From Candidatus Sericytochromatia bacterium (lineage in GTDB: Bacteria; Cyanobacteriota; Sericytochromatia; S15B-MN24; VGJW01): a stretch of DNA of 64,000 nt. The position numbers were made by a program, and so were the translations under genes. Of the stretch, positions 51,121-60,263 are shown piece by piece. The DNA lies in NCBI GenBank assembly GCA_035285865.1, contig JAYKHS010000014.1, positions 96,001-160,000 of the forward strand. Reading direction: 5' to 3'. Positions within the stretch are counted from its first letter, which is position 1. Every line of letters starts with the position of its first letter. The notes under the pieces were generated by a model that did not search any database, was not told the origin of the DNA, and was given only the letters and a program-made list of their open reading frames with translations.

Positions 51121-51155
51121 TTTACTTGACAAGTAAACACTCAATGCAATAGCAT
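51121..51155 (+). promoter_or_regulatory. hsp20 promoter with a HAIR-like operator
   Basis: CTTGACA-N7-ACTCAAT (51125-51145); TTGACA-N18-TAGCAT; overlapping perfect IR TTTACTTG-A-CAAGTAAA. Confidence 0.7.
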
Positions 51156-51189
51156 TCAGGCACATCGATTCACCTGAAGGAGGTTTCCG

Positions 51190-51672
51190 ATGCGTCGACT
51201 CATCCTGAATCCCGCGCTTCCCGATGCCCGCCAGCTTCGGCGCCTGCAGCACGAGATGCTCGAGAGTGTTTTCGAGGCCCTGGGAACGGGTGCTCACGAT
51301 CGCGCCTGGGTGCCGGCTGCCAACATGATCCAGCGGCAGGATACCTACGAATTGCACCTGGCCCTGCCGGGCGTCCCCCGGGACGAGGTCCGCCTGTCCG
51401 TCGAGGGAGACGTTCTGCTCGTGCGCGGCCAGCGTCCCGTGCTCGAGGCCGGCGAGCATGACCGCATGTGGATGTCCGAGGTGCCGTCTGGCCGCTTCGA
51501 GCGGCGCTTCCAGCTGCCTGACGGCATGTCCGGCGAGGCCATCTCGGCCCGCTTCGAGGACGGCATGCTGCGCATCCGCATGCCGCTTGCGAGCACGCCT
51601 GCGGCTCGGATGATCCCCATCGAAGGAGCTGAGGCTCCTCGCACCACGGTCACCGAGGTGATGGAGGCCTGA
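51190..51672 (+). CDS. small heat-shock protein (Hsp20)
   Basis: WVPAANM, ALPGV, LLVRGQR, GRFERRFQLP, ARFEDGMLRIRMP and C-terminal IPI motif. Confidence 0.93.
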   Translation: MRRLILNPALPDARQLRRLQHEMLESVFEALGTGAHDRAWVPAANMIQRQDTYELHLALPGVPRDEVRLSVEGDVLLVRGQRPVLEAGEHDRMWMSEVPSGRFERRFQLPDGMSGEAISARFEDGMLRIRMPLASTPAARMIPIEGAEAPRTTVTEVMEA

Positions 51673-51681
51673 GGCGACGGT

Positions 51682-52122
51682 TCAGGCGATGTCGGGTGGC
51701 GGGGCATCGCCCTGCCACCCGGCGGCTTCCGGGGCCTCAAGTGCCCGGCGCAGCGGGTCAGGTACCGTGATGGGTCTTCCCTCGGGGCCGACCATGACCA
51801 TCAGGGTCTCGCCGGTAGCCACTTCGGTCCCGTCACGTGTCAGCCTGTAGACGACCCGCACCGAAGACCGGCCGACCTCGCCCGTCGTCGTCTCGAGCAA
51901 CAGCTCCTCGTCGTAGCGGACGGGCTTGCGATAGCGCACGTGCAATTCGGCCACCACCATGAAGGCCCCGTTCCGCTCCATCGCGTTGTAGTCGAGGCCC
52001 AGGTCCCGGAGCAGGTCGGCCCGCCCCATCTCGAACCAGACAGGATAGGCGGCGTGGTGTGCGATGCGCTGTCCGTCCGTTTCCGCGTAGCGGACCCGGA
52101 ACCGCGTCAGGGCAGACCTCAC
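51682..52122 (-). CDS. acyl-CoA thioesterase (YbgC/FadM hotdog family)
   Basis: RVRYAETD..IAHHAAYPVWFEMGR, YRKPVRYDEEL. Confidence 0.88.
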   Translation of the reverse strand: MRSALTRFRVRYAETDGQRIAHHAAYPVWFEMGRADLLRDLGLDYNAMERNGAFMVVAELHVRYRKPVRYDEELLLETTTGEVGRSSVRVVYRLTRDGTEVATGETLMVMVGPEGRPITVPDPLRRALEAPEAAGWQGDAPPPDIA

Positions 52123-52328
52123 GCGCAGGTGTCGTCCGGGCGGACCGTGCCGTCCTTGCCGTCAAAGGTGTCCCGATTCAGGCGCGGACCCTCGTGATCC
52201 CACGGGCAATTGCGGCAGCCGTTACGGCAGCAGTAGCCCCGGCGCAGCAGGTAATCGGCCGTGAAGACCATCAGGCCGCGCTCCAAGGTGTAGTCCACCC
52301 CTTCGACCAGCCGTTCCGTCGGGCTCAA
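52119..52328 (-). CDS. small Cys-rich protein (DUF5522-like)
   Basis: TTG overlaps the asnS stop; [31 protein letters not shown]. Confidence 0.75.
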   Translation of the reverse strand: MSPTERLVEGVDYTLERGLMVFTADYLLRRGYCCRNGCRNCPWDHEGPRLNRDTFDGKDGTVRPDDTCA

Positions 52329-53638
52329 GGGTGCAACCGCGTCAGCATGCGGGGGAAGGGAGCCGTCTCGCGGACGTGCTCCAGACCGCAGATCCACGCG
52401 ACCGTGCGCTCGAGGCCGATGCCGAAGCCCGCGTGGGGCACGCTGCCGTAGCGGCGCAGGTCCAGATACCACTCCATGCCTTCCTCGCGCACGCCTGCTT
52501 CGGCCATGCGGCTGCGCAGGGTCTCGAGATCATCCTCGCGCTGGCTGCCACCGATGATCTCTCCATAGCCCTCGGGCGCCAGCAGATCGGCGCAGCGTAC
52601 GACATCGGGACGTGCCGGATCGACCTTCATGTAGAAAGCCTTGCACTGCCTCGGATAGTGCGTGACGAAGACCGGCCGGTCGAAGCGCTCGGCAAGCAGG
52701 GTCTCGTCCGGGGCCCCGAAGTCATCGCCCCAGTCGATGGCATGGCCGGCTTCCTGAAGGATCTTGACGGCCTCGTCGTAGGTGATGCGGGGGAACGGGG
52801 CCTGGACGGCTTGCAGGCGGCTGACATCCCGTTCGAGGATCGCGAGTTCTTCGGGGCAGGCGGCGAGAACTTCCTGCACCACGCCGGCGACGAACTGTTC
52901 CTGCAGCCGCAGGTTGTCGTCATGGTCGGCAAAAGCGACCTCGGGCTCCAGCATCCAGAACTCCGTCAGGTGGCGGCGGGTCTTGGACTTCTCGGCACGG
53001 AAGGTCGGACCGAAGGTGTAGACCTTGCCGAAGGCCATGGCCGCGGCTTCGGCGTAGAGCTGGCCCGACTGCGTCAGGTAGGCCTTCTCGTCGAAGTAGT
53101 CCGTCTCGAAGAGCGTGCTGGTTCCCTCGCAGGCCGCCGGCGTCAGGATGGGCGCATCCACCAGCAGGAAGCCGTTCCGGTCCATCCAGCCGCGCATGGC
53201 CCGGATGATGGCGGCGCGGACACGCAGGATGGCGTGCTGCCTGCGGCTGCGCAGCCAGAGGTGGCGATGCCCCATCAGGAAGTCGACTCCGTGTTCCTTG
53301 GGCGAGATGGGGAACTCCTCGGTCAACTGGAAGGTACACAGGCCGTCCACGGCCAGCTCGAAACCCCCGGGCGCACGGGGTTCGGCCTTGACCACCCCTG
53401 AAAGCGCGAGGCTGCTCTCCTGCGTCAGGGATTCCGCTTGCTGCCACAGGTCCTCGGCCACATCGGGACGGAACACCACGCCCTGGACCAGACCGGTGCC
53501 GTCGCGCACCACGAGGAAGGCGATTTTCCCCTTGGACCGATGGTGGGTCAGCCAACCCTTGACCGTGACGCGTTGGCCGACGTAAGCGCCCAGATCGGAC
53601 AGCCGGACGTAGGGAGGCTCCTGCACGATCGTATCCAT
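52325..53638 (-). CDS. asnS: asparagine--tRNA ligase
   Basis: [67 protein letters not shown]. Confidence 0.96.
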   Translation of the reverse strand: MDTIVQEPPYVRLSDLGAYVGQRVTVKGWLTHHRSKGKIAFLVVRDGTGLVQGVVFRPDVAEDLWQQAESLTQESSLALSGVVKAEPRAPGGFELAVDGLCTFQLTEEFPISPKEHGVDFLMGHRHLWLRSRRQHAILRVRAAIIRAMRGWMDRNGFLLVDAPILTPAACEGTSTLFETDYFDEKAYLTQSGQLYAEAAAMAFGKVYTFGPTFRAEKSKTRRHLTEFWMLEPEVAFADHDDNLRLQEQFVAGVVQEVLAACPEELAILERDVSRLQAVQAPFPRITYDEAVKILQEAGHAIDWGDDFGAPDETLLAERFDRPVFVTHYPRQCKAFYMKVDPARPDVVRCADLLAPEGYGEIIGGSQREDDLETLRSRMAEAGVREEGMEWYLDLRRYGSVPHAGFGIGLERTVAWICGLEHVRETAPFPRMLTRLHP

Positions 53639-53745
53639 GCGTGGATTCTAGCCCGCCCGGGCAGGGCCGGACAACCCGGCGTCTGCTACCATGCCCCTTC
53701 GGACCCGGGGGCGAGGCCGCCTGCCGGATGCCTTTGGAGGCCCCC

Positions 53746-55578
53746 GTGACGACGACGATCAGCGACGCCCTGCGCCTGGGCACCCGCAGCCACATGGGCG
53801 GCGACCTGCGCAAGGACCACCTCGGCCAGGAGGTCACGCTCTTCGGGTGGGTGGACTCCCGTCGGGACCACGGCGGCGTCATCTTCGTCGACCTTCGCGA
53901 TCGGACCGGTCTGGTGCAGGTGGTCTTCGAGCCCGAGACTTCGGCAGAGGCGCACGCGGCTGCGGACCGTCTGCGCGGCGAGTATGCCATCGGCATCCGG
54001 GGCATCGTGCGCGCCCGCGGCGAGGGCCTCGCCAACCCGCGCCTCGCAACGGGTGAAATCGAGGTGGCCGTGCGCGCGCTCGAAGTCTACAACGCCGCCC
54101 GTCCGTTGCCTTTCCCGCTGGATGACGATGGCGTGGACGAGAACCTGCGCCTGACGCATCGGTACCTCGAGCTTCGCGGTCGTCGCCTGACCGGGGCCCT
54201 TGCCGCCCGGCACCGCATCATGCAGCGCATGCGTCGCTACCTGGATGAGCGCGGTTTCCTCGAGATCGAGACGCCCATCCTGACGAAGAGCACCCCGGAA
54301 GGGGCTCGGGACTATCTGGTACCCAGCCGCGTCCACCCGGGCGAGTTCTTCGCCTTGCCGCAGAGCCCCCAGATCTTCAAGCAGATCCTGATGGTGGGCG
54401 GCCAGGACCGCTACTTCCAGATCGCGCGCTGCTTCCGCGATGAGGACCTGCGCGCGGACCGCCAGCCCGAGTTCACCCAGCTGGACTGCGAGCTTTCCTG
54501 GACCAGTCAGGAACAGATCCTCGAGCTGTTTGAGGGCCTGATGGCGCACCTCATCGAGGAGTCGGTCGGCGCGACCGTCGCCCTGCCCATCCCCCGCATC
54601 AGCTGGCAGGAGGCGATGGATCGCTATGGCTCCGACAAGCCGGACACGCGGTTCGGCCTCGAGCTCTGTGACCTGACGGCCGCCACCCGGGGCTGCAGCT
54701 TCCAGGTCTTCAGCGGGGCGCCCGTGGTCAAGGGCCTGCGGGTGCCCGGTGGTGCGCAGCGCATCAGCCGCAGCCAGATTGATGTGCTCACGGACTTCGT
54801 GCGCAAGTTCGGTGCCAAGGGGTTGGCCTACGTGAAGGTCGGCGATGCCTCCGGCCCCGTCGCCAAGAACCTTGCCGAGGCCGAATTGGCTTCCGTGGTG
54901 GCGGCCGCGGGTGCCGAGACCGGCGACCTGCTCTTCTTCGGGGCTGGCGAATGGGGTCAGGTGGTCGATGTGCTGGGGCGGCTGCGCCTGCGGCTGGGCC
55001 AGGATCTCGGGCTGATTCCGCAGGGCCTCTGGAACCTGCTCTGGGTCGTGGACTTCCCGATGTTCGAGCATGATCCGGCCGAAGGACGCCTGTACGCAAT
55101 GCATCACCCCTTCACGTCGGCCCGGCCGGCCGACCTGCCGGTGCTGGCCCGTTGGGCGGCCCATCTGGACGAGGGCGGCACGTTGACGGCCGATGCCATC
55201 GCCGAGTTGACGGCCGTCCGGGCCAACGCCTACGACATGGTGCTCAATGGCGTCGAGCTGGGTGGCGGCAGCATCCGAATCCACCAAGCCGAGGTGCAGC
55301 AGCAGGCTTTCCGGCTGCTGGGCCTCTCGGCGGAAGAAATCAAGACCAAGTTCGGCTTCATGATCGAGGCCTTCACCTACGGCACGCCCCCTCATGGCGG
55401 TATCGCCTTCGGTCTGGATCGCCTGTGCATGCTGCTTTCGGGTGTCCCGGCCATTCGCGACGTCATCGCCTTCCCCAAGACCCAGCAGGCCCGGGATCTG
55501 ATGGCGGCGGCTCCCGGGTCGGTCGACGACAAGCAGCTCAAGGAGCTGCACGTGCGGACGGTGGTCGACGCGGGTTAG
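53746..55578 (+). CDS. aspS: aspartate--tRNA ligase (non-discriminating-type signature)
   Basis: GTG after GGAGG; RRDHGG, TPEGARDYLVPSR, ALPQSPQ, CFRDEDLRADRQPEFTQ, HHPFT, PPHGGIAFGLDR. Confidence 0.96.
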   Translation: MTTTISDALRLGTRSHMGGDLRKDHLGQEVTLFGWVDSRRDHGGVIFVDLRDRTGLVQVVFEPETSAEAHAAADRLRGEYAIGIRGIVRARGEGLANPRLATGEIEVAVRALEVYNAARPLPFPLDDDGVDENLRLTHRYLELRGRRLTGALAARHRIMQRMRRYLDERGFLEIETPILTKSTPEGARDYLVPSRVHPGEFFALPQSPQIFKQILMVGGQDRYFQIARCFRDEDLRADRQPEFTQLDCELSWTSQEQILELFEGLMAHLIEESVGATVALPIPRISWQEAMDRYGSDKPDTRFGLELCDLTAATRGCSFQVFSGAPVVKGLRVPGGAQRISRSQIDVLTDFVRKFGAKGLAYVKVGDASGPVAKNLAEAELASVVAAAGAETGDLLFFGAGEWGQVVDVLGRLRLRLGQDLGLIPQGLWNLLWVVDFPMFEHDPAEGRLYAMHHPFTSARPADLPVLARWAAHLDEGGTLTADAIAELTAVRANAYDMVLNGVELGGGSIRIHQAEVQQQAFRLLGLSAEEIKTKFGFMIEAFTYGTPPHGGIAFGLDRLCMLLSGVPAIRDVIAFPKTQQARDLMAAAPGSVDDKQLKELHVRTVVDAG

Positions 55579-55599
55579 GGCGCGGCGCCGAGGTGCCGG

Positions 55600-56229
55600 C
55601 TACCGCTCGTTGAAGCCCCTGCCCGCCAGGATCACGGGTACCACGCTCTCGGCGCGCCGCGCCCGTGTCGCGGCCTGTTTGGCCCCGCCCACGTGCAGAA
55701 TATGGCTGCGGCGGCGTCCGGGAGTCAGCGCCGCGAAGGCAGCCTCCAGCGCCGGGTCGGCCTCAAGCCGCAAGGCGAGTTCTTCAGGCATCTCCTCGGC
55801 GGCCGGCGGCAGGTCGACCTTGATGCCTTCCCGCTCGAGGCGAACGGCCTCCGCGATGAAGACCATGGCGTGCTGGCGTTGGTCCTCCACGTCGTCCATG
55901 GAGCGGAATCGCAGCAGGCGGCCGATGCGCGAGTTTGGGCCTGCCCGGTCGAGGAGCCCTTCCGGGTCTGCCAGGGCATAGCCGTTCGAGAACTGCAACG
56001 CGCATGAGTCTCGCAGGGACACCAGCATCGCGACATTCTTGCCACCCAAGGTGTAGCAGGGGGATCCCCACTTCATCTCCTCGTCCAGTCCCGCTTCGAG
56101 CAGCAGTTTGCGCAATTCGCCGAGCTCCCGCGTCCACTGCAGGGCCTTGCATCGGGGGGTCCGGTACAGGTCGCAGCGCCCGCAGCCGTCCCGCAGGTAG
56201 GCGTCCACGCTCTCGCGGTTGATAGCCAA
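55600..56229 (-). CDS. YdeI/OmpD-associated family protein (DUF1801 + OmdA)
   Basis: TTG start; N-terminal GCGRCDL..C, EEMKWGSPCY, FAALTPGRRRS, AKQAATRARR, GRGFNER. Confidence 0.85.
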   Translation of the reverse strand: MAINRESVDAYLRDGCGRCDLYRTPRCKALQWTRELGELRKLLLEAGLDEEMKWGSPCYTLGGKNVAMLVSLRDSCALQFSNGYALADPEGLLDRAGPNSRIGRLLRFRSMDDVEDQRQHAMVFIAEAVRLEREGIKVDLPPAAEEMPEELALRLEADPALEAAFAALTPGRRRSHILHVGGAKQAATRARRAESVVPVILAGRGFNER

Positions 56230-56272
56230 GGTCAGCCTTCTCTTTTCGTAAAAGGGGCCGGGGCAAGCAGGC

Positions 56273-56315
56273 ATCGCAGCAACCAGCCGGTTGAACGGTG
56301 GCTGGTTGCTGCGAT
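56273..56315. repeat. perfect 16-bp intergenic inverted repeat
   Basis: ATCGCAGCAACCAGCC-N11-GGCTGGTTGCTGCGAT, no U-tract on either side. Confidence 0.8.
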
Positions 56316-56323
56316 CAATCCGG

Positions 56324-57022
56324 TCAGGGCTGCAGCCACGCAAGGATCTCCCGGTTCTCGACGACGTGGACGCCGGGGAGTGCCGACAAGCACCGATCGA
56401 CGAGGCAGCCGGCAATGGCCGCCGGGGAGACGGGGGCCCAGTCGGCCGTCTTGCCCCGTGGCGGCAGCAGCAGGCGTGCCAAAGGCAGGGACAGGCGTTC
56501 CAGCGGGCGAAACTCTTCCCGTGTGCCGGCGTCGTCGATGAATGAGGGACGCACGATGACGACACGTGCGAAGCCGAGGGCCAGCACGCCTTGCTCGGCC
56601 TCGTGCTTGGTGCGCAGGTAGAAGGCCGCACCGGGATGTCCGGCTCCTATCGAACTGACGAGCCCGAAGCGCTTGGCGCCCCGCGCCCGTGCGGCTCTGG
56701 CGAAGGCCAGGACCGCATCCCGGTCCACCAGCCGGAAGGCGGCTCTGGAACCCGCACGGCGGATCGTCGTCCCCAGCGCGCACAGGGCCAGTTCGATGCC
56801 ATCGGGCAGCACGTCGGTCCAAGCGGCCTCGTCCTCGATGCGGTCGAGCATGGGGCAGTCTACCGAGGCAGGAGCATGTTCCAGCGCCCTGCGGCCCGGT
56901 GCGCAGGTCCGTGCCACTTCGGATCGGCCATCGAGGCAGGCGGCGAGGCTGCGACCCACCACGCCCGTGGCACCGGCAAGGGCCACGACATGCCCGCGGA
57001 CAGGGAAGTCTTGCGCGTGCAC
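56324..57022 (-). CDS. NAD(P)H-binding atypical SDR (YraR/TIP30-like)
   Basis: GATGVVG, CALGTTIRRAGS..FRLVD, VSSIGA, FYLRTK..AE, IVRPS. Confidence 0.85.
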   Translation of the reverse strand: MHAQDFPVRGHVVALAGATGVVGRSLAACLDGRSEVARTCAPGRRALEHAPASVDCPMLDRIEDEAAWTDVLPDGIELALCALGTTIRRAGSRAAFRLVDRDAVLAFARAARARGAKRFGLVSSIGAGHPGAAFYLRTKHEAEQGVLALGFARVVIVRPSFIDDAGTREEFRPLERLSLPLARLLLPPRGKTADWAPVSPAAIAGCLVDRCLSALPGVHVVENREILAWLQP

Positions 57023-57026
57023 GGCG

Positions 57027-57923
57027 TCAGGCCCGGATGATTTCCGGGGGGATCTGCCCCATCCTGCCTTCCACATAGTCGTCATAGGCCTGCAGCACTT
57101 CGGCTCTGGAGTTCATTACGAATGGTCCGGCCCACGCCACGGGCTCGCCGATGGGACGCCCGCCAAGCAGCAGGCACTCCACGCCCATCTGCGTGGCGAT
57201 CTGCACGGACGTGCCCTCGCCCAAGACGGCCAGTTCGCCGTCTGTGACCATCCGCTCGCCGACCTTGGCCTCTCCCCGGAACACGTAGACGGCAAGCCGA
57301 TGGTCTTTGGGAACGGGCCAATCCATGGCGGCGTCCGGCTCGAGGGTCCAGTGCTGCAATGTCAGCGGAGTATGGGTCCGCACCGGAGCCTCGACATCTG
57401 CGGTTTCCCCGGCCACGATGCGGCCGAGGGCACGTCCCCCGGCGGCACGGACTGCGGGAATCCGGTCGCCCCTCAGCTCCTGGTAGCGCGGGTTCGTCCG
57501 TTTGAGTGCAGCCGGCAGGTTCACCCAGATCTGGAAGCCGTGCATCCGACCGCCTTCGGCCTGGATGCGTCGACCGGGCATTTCGCGGTGCACCACGCCC
57601 GAACCGGCCGTCATCCACTGCACGTCGCCAGGCCCCAGCGTGCCGGCGTGTCCGGCGCTGTCGGCGTGTTCGACTTCGCCGTCCAACACGATCGTCACGG
57701 TCTCGAACCCGCGGTGCGGATGGTCCGGGGCGCCGAGGGCTTCACCCGGTCCGTACGTCACGGGGCCCATCTCATCGATCATCAGGATGGGGTCGAGCGT
57801 TTCGAGGCCAGGTGCCGGGACGGGCCTGCGGACCACGAATCCACCACCCTCGATCAGTCGCGAGGCACGCACGATGCCGACCACAGGGCGCGGCAGCGCG
57901 GGTGGCTCCGGGTTCACGGTCAT
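57027..57923 (-). CDS. pirin family protein
   Basis: EGGGFVVRR, HPHRGFETVT, QWMTAGSGVVHRE, QIWVNLP, GPFVMN. Confidence 0.95.
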   Translation of the reverse strand: MTVNPEPPALPRPVVGIVRASRLIEGGGFVVRRPVPAPGLETLDPILMIDEMGPVTYGPGEALGAPDHPHRGFETVTIVLDGEVEHADSAGHAGTLGPGDVQWMTAGSGVVHREMPGRRIQAEGGRMHGFQIWVNLPAALKRTNPRYQELRGDRIPAVRAAGGRALGRIVAGETADVEAPVRTHTPLTLQHWTLEPDAAMDWPVPKDHRLAVYVFRGEAKVGERMVTDGELAVLGEGTSVQIATQMGVECLLLGGRPIGEPVAWAGPFVMNSRAEVLQAYDDYVEGRMGQIPPEIIRA

Positions 57924-57993
57924 CGCGGGCCTTTCTGCCTGACATCCGGCGGGCGCCGGTGCGGTTCGATCCTACCGCGCCCGTGCCGATTCT

Positions 57994-58443
57994 TCAGGCG
58001 GAGCGCAGGGAAAGCCCTGCGCCTTCAAGCCACTGCACGAGCGCGGTTTCCGGCATGAAGCCCGCTTGCCGGCGGACGACCTCGCCGCGCTTGAACAGGA
58101 GCAGCGTGGGCAGGCCCTGCACCCCCAGGGCCGCCGCGGTCGCCGGGTTCTCGTCCGCATTCAGTTTGACGACACGCAATTGACCGGCAAACCGACGGGC
58201 CACACGCTCGAGTACGGGCGCCAGCATGCGACACGGACCGCACCATGCCGCCCAGACATCCACGAGGACGGGCTCGGCTGCCTGCAGGACCCGGGCTTGG
58301 AAAGTGGCGTCGCCAACGTGCCCGGGGGCGGCGCTCGGGCGCGCGAGGGGTGTGCGGCAGGCGGCGCAGCGCGGCTTTCCGGGGCGATCGGCCACGCGGT
58401 TGCGGACCTTGCAGGATGGGCAGGTCACGATTTCATGATCCAC
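57994..58443 (-). CDS. trxC: thioredoxin 2 (zinc-finger N-terminus)
   Basis: CPSC...NRV...CAAC N-terminus plus WAAWCGPC active site. Confidence 0.92.
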   Translation of the reverse strand: MDHEIVTCPSCKVRNRVADRPGKPRCAACRTPLARPSAAPGHVGDATFQARVLQAAEPVLVDVWAAWCGPCRMLAPVLERVARRFAGQLRVVKLNADENPATAAALGVQGLPTLLLFKRGEVVRRQAGFMPETALVQWLEGAGLSLRSA

Positions 58444-58458
58444 AATGCTGCTCCTTGG

Positions 58459-58501
58459 TACCCTATGGGGGTATAGTGGAAGTCCTTGGCGAAGACGTCA
58501 A
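58459..58501 (-). promoter_or_regulatory. trxC promoter with a CsoR/RcnR-family operator
   Basis: TACCCTATGGGGGTA (58459-58473); minus-strand TTGACG-N17-CACTAT. Confidence 0.7.
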
Positions 58502-58666
58502 GACCGCTCCTGAGGGCGCAAGGTCGGTCGTTGATTCGCCCGCAGCCTGCACCTCTTCGACGCGCGCGTGCCTGTCGCAAGAAACCGTGCACGTCCCCCC
58601 GGAGGAAGTCGCTTGTCCACGCATCCCGCAGACGCGGCCACTGCCGCCGGGTTCCGTGTTGCCCGC

Positions 58667-59350
58667 GTGCGTGCCTTTCTGACGATCGTCGCCGTGTTGT
58701 CCGTCTGCTCCGGCTCGGAGGACGTGGCGGTTGCGGCGGAGCCTGCAGAAACCCTCGTGTTGCGCTTTTCGGGATCGGACTGGCCCGCCTGGCAGAATGC
58801 GACGTCCATGCCGTGGCACCCCAAGGTTCGCTACGCGCCGGAGGCGGGTCCATACGGCGAGACGGTGGTGCGGGCGGACAGCAGGGCCGCGGCTTCGATG
58901 CTGACGCGCAAGGTCCAGTTGGACCCGAGCCAGACCCCGTGGGTCACGTGGACCTGGAAGGTCGAAGGGCCCATCGCGAAGGCCGACGAGCAGATCCGCC
59001 GCACCGACGACATGCCCGCCCGCATCTACTTCTTCTGGAACCTCAGGCGCAAGGAGGACCTGGCCCGGGCCGAGGCCGTCGCCTATGTCTGGGGCAATGC
59101 GCTTCCGGCGGGGGCGGTGCGTCCTGCTCCGGACAGCTCCCGGACCGCCATCCACGTGCTGCGGAGCGGCGCGGAACAGGCCGGAACATGGCAGCGAGAG
59201 ACGCGGAAACTCGACGCCGACTACCGTGCCTTTTTCCACAAGCAACCGACCGGGACCGTCACGGCCGTCGCCCTGCTGACGGATACGGACCAGACCAAGG
59301 GGATGGCCACGGCATGGTACGGACCGATCGCGGCACGCCCGGTCCGATAG
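58667..59350 (+). CDS. DUF3047 domain exported protein (start uncertain)
   Basis: Signal-like N-terminus; TPWVTWTWKV, DDMPARIY, AYVWG, GTWQRETRKLDADYR, LLTDTDQT, AWYGPI. Confidence 0.8.
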   Translation: MRAFLTIVAVLSVCSGSEDVAVAAEPAETLVLRFSGSDWPAWQNATSMPWHPKVRYAPEAGPYGETVVRADSRAAASMLTRKVQLDPSQTPWVTWTWKVEGPIAKADEQIRRTDDMPARIYFFWNLRRKEDLARAEAVAYVWGNALPAGAVRPAPDSSRTAIHVLRSGAEQAGTWQRETRKLDADYRAFFHKQPTGTVTAVALLTDTDQTKGMATAWYGPIAARPVR

Positions 59351-59357
59351 GCCTGCT

Positions 59358-60263
59358 TCAGCGGCGTCCGGCGGGCTTGTCGCCCGTGTCGGGTGGCAGG
59401 ATGTCGTGCAGGTTGTAGAGGGCGCCCGGCGGGATCACGAGCCGGACCTTGTCGCTCAGTTTGTCGATATAGGCTTTGCGGATGATGCGATCCGTCAGGG
59501 ACTTGCTGACGACCTGATTGGCCTTGGCCTCCGCTTCTGCGCGGATGAGGCGGGCCTTGGCCTCGCCTTCCGCTGCGACCACGTTGGCCTGGGCAGAGGC
59601 CTCGGCCTCGACGACTTTCTGGCGCGCCACGGTGCGTGCGCGTTCCAGATCATTCTCGGCCCGGGTCTTGTCCGAGATGGCCTGGGCAATGGCGTCGGGC
59701 AGGTAGACGGCTCGGATCAGCACCGCATGCAGGTCGATGTGGTCGTCCGACATGGACTTGCGGAGGTCAGCCAGCGCCATAGCCTCGACCTTGCGGCGAC
59801 CCTCCCCGGAGATGGCTTCGTTCAGGGGCAGTGACGCTATTGCCGTGGCGAGCGCCGCCTTGAAGCGGCTGCGGTAGTAGCCGTCCACGATGGCGTCGAA
59901 GGACAGGCCATATCGCTGGTAGAGCGGAGCGACATCCTGCTTGCTGCGCACGACGAACTCCACCGAGGCATCGACGATGAAGTTCTGGCCCTCGAGCGAG
60001 TTGACGCGGACGGCGTCGTCGCGTTCCTTGCCGCTGCGCTCGCCGCCCTTGACCATCACGTACTGCTGCACGATGACGGGATATTCGACGATATGTTCGC
60101 GCAAGGGGATGGCGAGGCGCAGGCCAGGGTCCTGAACCTGCTTGATTTCGCCCGTGAAGTCATCCACCAGCAGGCCAACGTGCCCCTGCCGCACGTAGGC
60201 GACGCAGCCGCCAAGGGTCAGCGAAGCCAGGCAGGCAGCGAGCAGGCGGGTCGTCATGGTCAC
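59358..60263 (-). CDS. SPFH/prohibitin family lipoprotein
   Basis: TLGG|C; VRQGHVGL; C-terminal AEA/AEGEAKARLIRAEAEAKAN coiled coil. Confidence 0.85.
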   Translation of the reverse strand: MTMTTRLLAACLASLTLGGCVAYVRQGHVGLLVDDFTGEIKQVQDPGLRLAIPLREHIVEYPVIVQQYVMVKGGERSGKERDDAVRVNSLEGQNFIVDASVEFVVRSKQDVAPLYQRYGLSFDAIVDGYYRSRFKAALATAIASLPLNEAISGEGRRKVEAMALADLRKSMSDDHIDLHAVLIRAVYLPDAIAQAISDKTRAENDLERARTVARQKVVEAEASAQANVVAAEGEAKARLIRAEAEAKANQVVSKSLTDRIIRKAYIDKLSDKVRLVIPPGALYNLHDILPPDTGDKPAGRR

